Shown one piece after another: positions 20,358 through 26,001 of a stretch of DNA of 26,001 nt. Position 1 is the stretch's first letter. Each line of letters begins with the position of its first letter. Under the pieces are notes generated by a model that was given only the letters and a program-made list of their open reading frames with translations, had not been told where the DNA came from and did not search any database. The stretch is from contig CAYJJM010000001.1 of assembly GCA_964370515.1 (NCBI GenBank), positions 1 to 26,001 on the forward strand. The letters run 5' to 3'. The stretch is from an uncultured Oscillospiraceae bacterium (lineage in GTDB: Bacteria; Bacillota; Clostridia; Peptostreptococcales; Anaerovoracaceae). The position numbers and the translations under genes are program-made.

Positions 20358-20470
20358 TTAATATGAAAAGCCAGTATCTTTTAATATGAAACACCGGTAT
20401 CTTTAATACGAAAAGCCAGCATCTTTAATATAAAGAACCAATATCATTTAGTATGAAAAATCAATATTAC
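20358..20470. repeat. Five degenerate 22-23-bp tandem repeats
   Basis: Units start at 20358, 20381, 20403, 20425 and 20448; consensus approximately TTAATATGAAAAGCCAGTATCT. Confidence 0.85.
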
Positions 20471-20489
20471 TTATATTTTATTATATATG

Positions 20490-20527
20490 AAAAGCCAATA
20501 TTGAGCTTTTAAACTCTATTGGCTTTT
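20490..20527. terminator. Terminator-like hairpin downstream of the EEP gene
   Basis: AAAAGCCAATA (20490-20500) pairs with TATTGGCTTTT (20517-20527). Confidence 0.7.
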
Positions 20528-20704
20528 TATACTTTTATTGCAAATTAATAATCTCCCTGTTCCTTAGAAATATCCAGCCCTCAAACCATCTTTCCCTTTA
20601 TATTAATGATTCCCTCTCTTCCTTAATCAGCTGGCATAAATTTTTATTTTGATTGAATGAGCTACATTTTCTTTTGATTTAAAATGTTTCAAATTCTCTT
20701 TTGA

Positions 20705-21778
20705 TTAGAAAACTTTAAATTCTAAGAACACAGGCATATGATCTGAATATTCAAACCCTGTATCTATGGTCTTTATACTTTCAATTTTAATGTTATCAGA
20801 AACTATAAACCCATCAACTAAAACTAATGTAGATTTTTCTGGATCATAAGGAATATCATTAAGTCTTGTTGTAGGTAGATATCCACCTTCATCATAATTT
20901 GTAGCCATTACAAATCTATCACCTACAAATTCTGTTGGGAATGGTTGTGCCCATCCAAAATCAACTTCCTTGCCTTCGTTGAAGTCCTGTCCTGAAGTGC
21001 CCGTAAAGTCATGGTTAAAATCTCCACCTGCAATTACATAGTGTCCTGCTTCTACCTTGGCATACATATCATCAAATAACATTTGCATCTGCCCATTTCG
21101 CACTTCCTCATCAGCACCGTATGCAGACAAATGAACATTATATATGTATAAAGTTTTTCCATTATCTAACTGCATATTACTTACTAAATAACATCTGTCT
21201 AGATCAAAGAACTTATTAAATCCTTCTGAAATAGGTAAACTTCTTCTAACACTTTCACCCATTGCATATTTGGAAATTGTGGCAAGCTCTCCTTTGCTTG
21301 CACCTATTGGATCAGTAATAGGATAAAACAGATAAGATGAGTCATAGTTTATAGCCTCTGCCATTTGATAAGTAGGAAAACTTTCTGCTATCATTTTGCT
21401 CTGATCCATATGGAAGCTTCTATCTGCATCTATGTCAACTTCTTGGAACAAAACTATGTCTGGATTCATTTCCTTAACTATGTCCAATGCCCCATTAACA
21501 TTTCCTGCCACTTCCTCTTCACTTCTACCTCTGGACTCTTCTCCACCATCCATAAAGAATGTGTAGTCTTTACTATAGGCTCCATATCCTATGTTGTAAC
21601 TAACAATTGTATGGCTATCTGTCCATACTAATGTTTCTTCTTCGTACTCACCTGTTGGTTCTACTTTTATGTTGTCCTCTATTCTATCATAACTAACAAA
21701 AACATATGTGATGTATATTATCAAGATTATAAGTACTATAGCTATTATACAAGCTAAAATTCTCAATGTTTTTTTCAT
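20705..21778 (-). CDS. Membrane-anchored endonuclease/exonuclease/phosphatase (EEP) family protein
   Basis: N-terminal TM anchor; SYNIGY, FQEVD, NVHLSAY, GGDFN, SDHMPV motifs. Start set at ATG 21778 (RBS GAAAGGTGG). Confidence 0.88.
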   Translation of the reverse strand: MKKTLRILACIIAIVLIILIIYITYVFVSYDRIEDNIKVEPTGEYEEETLVWTDSHTIVSYNIGYGAYSKDYTFFMDGGEESRGRSEEEVAGNVNGALDIVKEMNPDIVLFQEVDIDADRSFHMDQSKMIAESFPTYQMAEAINYDSSYLFYPITDPIGASKGELATISKYAMGESVRRSLPISEGFNKFFDLDRCYLVSNMQLDNGKTLYIYNVHLSAYGADEEVRNGQMQMLFDDMYAKVEAGHYVIAGGDFNHDFTGTSGQDFNEGKEVDFGWAQPFPTEFVGDRFVMATNYDEGGYLPTTRLNDIPYDPEKSTLVLVDGFIVSDNIKIESIKTIDTGFEYSDHMPVFLEFKVF

Positions 21779-21854
21779 ATTGTTCCACCTTTCTATATGG
21801 TTCATTATATATTGGCATTGTATTATTGGCAATATCTAATTTTTTCTTTTTTTA

Positions 21855-21863
21855 TGATATAAT
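21855..21863 (+). promoter_or_regulatory. Extended -10 element for the hydrolase gene
   Basis: TGATATAAT about 80 nt upstream of ATG 21942. Confidence 0.5.
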
Positions 21864-21941
21864 ATATTAATGAAAAGTTGATTCCAACTAGCTAAAGTGC
21901 AAATTTAAAAACTATGAAGATTTAAGTTCAGGAGGGTTAAA

Positions 21942-22973
21942 ATGTCAGTTAAAAAAAACATTGAAGAAAAGGTGAAAAATGTCAAGTCTGCAATAAGTGG
22001 TATTTTTTCTGGGAAAAACAAAAATATAGATTTTAAAACTATTTCTACTACATATGGGACTTATTTAAGTTCTGACAAGGAAACCTCAATAGAATATCTG
22101 TATATTGCTCCCAATGGAGAGCCTAAACTAGTGCTTCAATTTATGCATGGCATGGCAGAGCACAAAGAAAGATATATAGAGCTAGGAGAATATCTAGCTA
22201 ATGAGGGTATTGCTTTTTTCATAAATGACCATTTAGGCCACGGAAACAGCATAAAAAGTCCTAAGCACCTTGGTTATTTTGATACTCCTGAGGGCTGGAA
22301 TCGACTCCTTGACGATGCCAAATCCCTTTCAGATATTGCCACTGCCACTTTCCCAGAGGTTCCTTTTGTCATAGGCGGCCATAGTATGGGTTCTTTCTTA
22401 GCAAGAATTTATGTTGCAACATATCCAAATGTGCCAGATAAGGCAGTTTTTGTAGGGACTGGAGATGGAGGAGCCCTTGCTTATGGAGGAGTTCTTCTTG
22501 CAAAATTGGTCGGAGTTTTTAAAAGTGGATTTAACAGAAGTGATTTCTTGGACAACATGGCTTTTGGGACCTACAACAAAAAAATCCCAAATGCTCAAAG
22601 TAGCTTTGCATGGCTTTCTGTCAATGAAGACAATGTTAAAACTTATGAAGAAGATCCCCTTTGCGGATATAGGTTTACAACCAATGGATTTCAAAATCTA
22701 TTCACCTTGGTAGCCAAGGCTTCTAAACTTTCTACAATGCAAAAATATGATAGAAACATGCCTGTCTTACTTATGGCTGGCGAAGAAGATCCTGTAGGGC
22801 ATTATGGCAAAGATCTATTAAATCTTTCAAAAAAATTAAGTAACATTGGAATAAAAAATGTGAATTTGAATCTTTATCCAAACCTTAGGCACGAGATTTT
22901 CAACGAGGATAATAGAAAAGAAATTTTTGCTGATTTAGTTAATTGGCTTTTAGAAGACCATCCTCGTCTTTAA
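21942..22973 (+). CDS. Alpha/beta hydrolase, lysophospholipase-like
   Basis: HGMAEHKERY, DHLGHG, GHSMGS nucleophile elbow, GEEDPVG, RHEIFNE. Confidence 0.9.
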   Translation: MSVKKNIEEKVKNVKSAISGIFSGKNKNIDFKTISTTYGTYLSSDKETSIEYLYIAPNGEPKLVLQFMHGMAEHKERYIELGEYLANEGIAFFINDHLGHGNSIKSPKHLGYFDTPEGWNRLLDDAKSLSDIATATFPEVPFVIGGHSMGSFLARIYVATYPNVPDKAVFVGTGDGGALAYGGVLLAKLVGVFKSGFNRSDFLDNMAFGTYNKKIPNAQSSFAWLSVNEDNVKTYEEDPLCGYRFTTNGFQNLFTLVAKASKLSTMQKYDRNMPVLLMAGEEDPVGHYGKDLLNLSKKLSNIGIKNVNLNLYPNLRHEIFNEDNRKEIFADLVNWLLEDHPRL

Positions 22974-23022
22974 AAAAATCAAATAATGATATTTAAGGCA
23001 TTTAAAATATTTGAAATATTGA

Positions 23023-23058
23023 AAAAATAAGCATCAAAATAGTTTGATGCTTATTTTT
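23023..23058. terminator. Bidirectional intrinsic terminator
   Basis: Perfect 16-bp inverted repeat AAAAATAAGCATCAAA-atag-TTTGATGCTTATTTTT between convergent genes. Confidence 0.85.
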
Positions 23059-23073
23059 AGGAAGTGCTTAAAC

Positions 23074-23592
23074 TTACTTTATCCGACTTCTTATATTGTT
23101 CATGTATATCCCAATAATAATCGAGTATATTTTGTCATAAACCAAAAATACAATTACTGCCCCAATGGCCAGTATAGGAATCGGATATTCTGGTATTTTG
23201 ATTTCTCCTAGAAATACTGCACTAAAGAGATATAAGCCTAATCCAAAAGTCACCAAGAAAAGTACAGTTTTAATTATAGTTTCTAAAACTTTCTTATTTA
23301 ATTTTTCTATAAAATATTTTGCTATCCCATAGTAGCCAAAAAACATCAAATACGGTGCTATGGCTATTTTATTTGGAACTAATATAAAGCCAACTATGCT
23401 CACTGCTACAAAAAGCCAAAATCCTTTTACTGGTCCTGCCTCTATAACCATTACCGCTACAAAAACAGAACTTATGGCAAACATAGTTAATTCAAATCCA
23501 GGTATAATAGCTGCTAAATACATAAAGACTAGCGTAAGGGCAGCTAATACTCCCCCCAATGCTACTGGAAATCCTTTTTTGTTGGTTGCCAT
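23074..23592 (-). CDS. Hypothetical multi-pass membrane protein
   Basis: 172 aa, almost entirely hydrophobic helices, with PNK and FFGYYGIAKYFIEK segments; RBS AGGGAG. Confidence 0.8.
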   Translation of the reverse strand: MATNKKGFPVALGGVLAALTLVFMYLAAIIPGFELTMFAISSVFVAVMVIEAGPVKGFWLFVAVSIVGFILVPNKIAIAPYLMFFGYYGIAKYFIEKLNKKVLETIIKTVLFLVTFGLGLYLFSAVFLGEIKIPEYPIPILAIGAVIVFLVYDKIYSIIIGIYMNNIRSRIK

Positions 23593-23736
23593 TCTTAGGT
23601 ACTCCCTTCTATTTTTTTAATATCACAACTTCACGATGATTAATCAGCTATCTCTTATCTTGATTTCTCAACTTTTTTTGCTCTAAGCCATCAGCTTCTT
23701 TTCTCTTTGTTTCACTATGCTTTAATAGGCGATGTT

Positions 23737-24303
23737 TTAAATACAATCACAGCAGCAGTCTGCGCAAAGATAACATTGGCAAAGCTGGCAAGCTAAGTCA
23801 TTATTATTTCCATATCCTCTTCCATATGCGTTGGTTCTATATCCTTGGCCTCTTTGTGCCACCCTATTTAAAGCTTCATTGTATTCAGGATTTCTTGGAT
23901 CCATATTTACTGCTTGTTGAATCTTGCCAATACCATCGTCATACCAACCTTTTCGCACACTTAGCATACCGCTCAAGAAGTACCACTCTGCATCTCTTTT
24001 GCTTATTCTATTTAATCTGTCTTCTGCATCTAAAAGCCTTCCATCATCAATATCTCTTCTAATTTGCAAATACTCAGGGCTCATGGCACCTTTCTTTTGT
24101 TTGCCTCCACCGCCGCTACCTCTTTCTGCTTGGATTTGATCATAGGCTTCATTAATTTCTCTTACTTTTTCTTCTGCTAAATCTTCCAATGGGTTGTCTT
24201 GATATTTATCTGGATGATATTTTTTTATTAACTCTCTGTAAGCTTTTTTGATAGTTTCATCACTATCTGTTCTTTTTACCCCCAAAACTTTATACGGATC
24301 CAT
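23737..24303 (-). CDS. J-domain protein with TPR-like helices and a Cys-rich C-terminus
   Basis: MDPYKVLGV...[16 protein letters not shown]...INEAYD (HPD intact); AEWYFLSG...[11 protein letters not shown]; tail [17 protein letters not shown]. Confidence 0.9.
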   Translation of the reverse strand: MDPYKVLGVKRTDSDETIKKAYRELIKKYHPDKYQDNPLEDLAEEKVREINEAYDQIQAERGSGGGGKQKKGAMSPEYLQIRRDIDDGRLLDAEDRLNRISKRDAEWYFLSGMLSVRKGWYDDGIGKIQQAVNMDPRNPEYNEALNRVAQRGQGYRTNAYGRGYGNNNDLACQLCQCYLCADCCCDCI

Positions 24304-24324
24304 GTTTTTTTCCTTTCTTACTTA

Positions 24325-24354
24325 ATTATACCTAATTATATTTTCCTCTCGCAA
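24325..24354 (-). promoter_or_regulatory. Putative sigma-A promoter for the J-domain gene
   Basis: Minus strand TTGCGA-18 nt-TATAAT, followed by RBS AAAGGA. Confidence 0.6.
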
Positions 24355-24410
24355 TAGCCTCTAGCCTCTAGCCTCTAGCCTCTAGCCTCTAGCCTCTAGC
24401 CTCTAGCCTC
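24355..24410. repeat. Perfect heptanucleotide tandem repeat (TAGCCTC) x8
   Basis: Eight exact units counted directly. Confidence 0.98.
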
Positions 24411-24486
24411 TATTTAATTTTATCTTTTCTTTTTTCTTATAGTTACAGATTTCCGTCTTTTTGCTCTAACCATTTTTGTTATTTTT

Positions 24487-25512
24487 TTATTTGCGTATCT
24501 TTTTCTTCTGAATCTCTAATCCTTTAATTTCTTTGATTATAGTCTCTGCCCTTCTCAAAAGTCCTAATGATATTACATTGTCAACTATACCTTCATTCTT
24601 GACAAATTTCAACTTCTCAAAGGATTCTACCAAATCACTGCCATAAAGAAGAAGGTTTCTCTCTCCTAGCTCCGCTAAGGCTTCTTTGTGTTTTTTGCTA
24701 TTTCTTATATATTCTTCTTTATCTATCTCTAGCCGATATATAAATGGATTATACATTCCCCCTCTTATATCTTCATCCAAGTCATCTAAAGCATCTATTA
24801 TATATATCCACTTCCCTAGCATATATCCCATTCTTCTAATGGCCTTAAGTTCTTCTATATTTTTTTTCTTTTTTTCTTTAGAGCCTTTTGAAGGTTCGCC
24901 TTCGGCTTGATGATTCCCGGCATCTTTCCTTGCTTCTCGACCTATTGCTTCTTGGGCTGTTTCTTCTTGGTCTGCTTCCTCAACAACTTCAAAATAGTAT
25001 GCCACTATTTCCTCCAATATTTTTGCGAAAGGTTCTGCCACCTTATCTATATTAGATTCTTTTTTCCTTTCCATTTCATGGAGCAAGCTTAGATTATGCT
25101 TAATCTTTTCATCTAAGCTTTCATATTTTTGGGAAAGCTTTTTATAGACTTTTCTAAAGGCCAGGGATGCCAACTTTGCAACCTTTTTTCCTTCGTCTAT
25201 ATAATCATCTTCTAGTTTGTGATATCCTAGCAAAAGCATTGCATCTGCCGAATAGTCAATAGCCTTACTTCGCCCTACAGTTTTTTCTTTTATATGATGT
25301 ATTATGCAATGCTCTCTACTAAAAGTTATTTTTTTCTCATCTAAGCCGTCAATAAGTGCTGCCAAAAAAGCCGCATCATAACTTAGGCTAAGCCTTGGAA
25401 GTTGTCCATGGTTTTTACCTATTGATTTGCAAACTCCACAATAGTAACCACTGTACATTTCAAATTCCTTGACTTTTAATTCTGGTGTTTCTGGTTTTAC
25501 ATATCCTAACAT
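24487..25512 (-). CDS. Conserved hypothetical protein, DUF5685-like
   Basis: MLGYVKP-x3-ELKVKE, YYCGVCKSIG, LSYDAAFLA, KLEDDYID, LGKWIYIIDALDDLDEDI-x4-YNPF. Family assigned from memory of these motifs. Confidence 0.75.
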   Translation of the reverse strand: MLGYVKPETPELKVKEFEMYSGYYCGVCKSIGKNHGQLPRLSLSYDAAFLAALIDGLDEKKITFSREHCIIHHIKEKTVGRSKAIDYSADAMLLLGYHKLEDDYIDEGKKVAKLASLAFRKVYKKLSQKYESLDEKIKHNLSLLHEMERKKESNIDKVAEPFAKILEEIVAYYFEVVEEADQEETAQEAIGREARKDAGNHQAEGEPSKGSKEKKKKNIEELKAIRRMGYMLGKWIYIIDALDDLDEDIRGGMYNPFIYRLEIDKEEYIRNSKKHKEALAELGERNLLLYGSDLVESFEKLKFVKNEGIVDNVISLGLLRRAETIIKEIKGLEIQKKKIRK

Positions 25513-25528
25513 TTATAAAATTTCCACC

Positions 25529-26001
25529 TTAATATTTCATAGGAATTAAGTCTATATACTCTTCTAAAGAACCATCTCTCAAGCAACATTCTATAATTTC
25601 TTTGCCCAATGGGTCAAGTTCCTCTGTGTTAAACTTTGCAAGCTCTTTCTTGAAGAAATTCCCTAATAGTGCCGCCCCTTTATCATAACTTTCTAATGTA
25701 AGCTCTGGCTGACTTTCAGGTTGTAGCAATGCTTTACCTATATATTGTCCATCTACTTTCATAGAGTCTAAGGAGTAGCCAAGCAAAGAGCATCGAGATT
25801 CAACCAGGTGCTCCGGTTTGAATTTTGCACTTCCTCTACGAGCAATATATTCTCTGGAAATCCATTCAGGCATAAACGAAACTTTGTATACACCTATGTG
25901 CTGATTTGGAATAAGTATATATCTTGTGGCTGTAGATTTTTTAAATTGCTCTAGCAGTAGGTTTGCCTGCCTTACCATTTTGCCTGTAGCAAATGGCCAG
26001 T
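25529..26001 (-). CDS. C-terminal part of a conserved protein, DUF4914-like (starts beyond the right edge)
   Basis: Frame is open to the window edge: ...WPFATGKMVRQANLLLEQF...TRYILIPNQHIGVYKVSFMPEWISREYIARRG. Family assigned from memory. Confidence 0.7.
   Translation of the reverse strand, partial: WPFATGKMVRQANLLLEQFKKSTATRYILIPNQHIGVYKVSFMPEWISREYIARRGSAKFKPEHLVESRCSLLGYSLDSMKVDGQYIGKALLQPESQPELTLESYDKGAALLGNFFKKELAKFNTEELDPLGKEIIECCLRDGSLEEYIDLIPMKY

Noticed and set aside
20358..20470. CRISPR array
   Set aside because: The units are contiguous and degenerate with no unique spacers, and there are no cas genes in the window.
20261..20700. T-box or S-box leader for metG
   Set aside because: No T-box (GGTGGTACCGCG-like) or SAM-I motif seen, and the predicted promoter is only about 60 nt from the ATG.

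Overview
AT-rich chromosomal segment from a low-GC anaerobic Firmicute. Gene content suggests Clostridia, possibly Anaerovoracaceae/Family XIII-like (inference). Mostly housekeeping genes lie on the minus strand: DUF4914-like (partial), DUF5685-like, a J-domain protein, a membrane protein, an EEP-family enzyme, metG, tatD, tilS, ftsH, the alpha/delta/gamma subunits of a Na+-pumping acyl-CoA decarboxylase (no beta subunit here), coaX, gyrB and gyrA (partial). Accessory pieces are interleaved: two tandem membrane diguanylate cyclases, an EAL phosphodiesterase, an unannotated 35-aa rubredoxin-like gene with a HesB-like Cys-Cys gene, and a scar between coaX and dusB. The scar holds a truncated M.HhaI-like C5 methyltransferase whose promoter spacer carries overlapping GCGC sites. 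It is followed at the breakpoint by an extended -10 promoter and a ~170-nt candidate structured RNA with repeated TACGCAG motifs, two of which sit in GCAG-loop hairpins. That RNA is the best candidate for something undescribed. Other oddities: a 7-bp VNTR touching a -35 box, 22-23-bp tandem repeats upstream of metG, and clustered substitutions in the MetRS KMSKS region. No rRNA, tRNA, CRISPR array or transposase was recognised.
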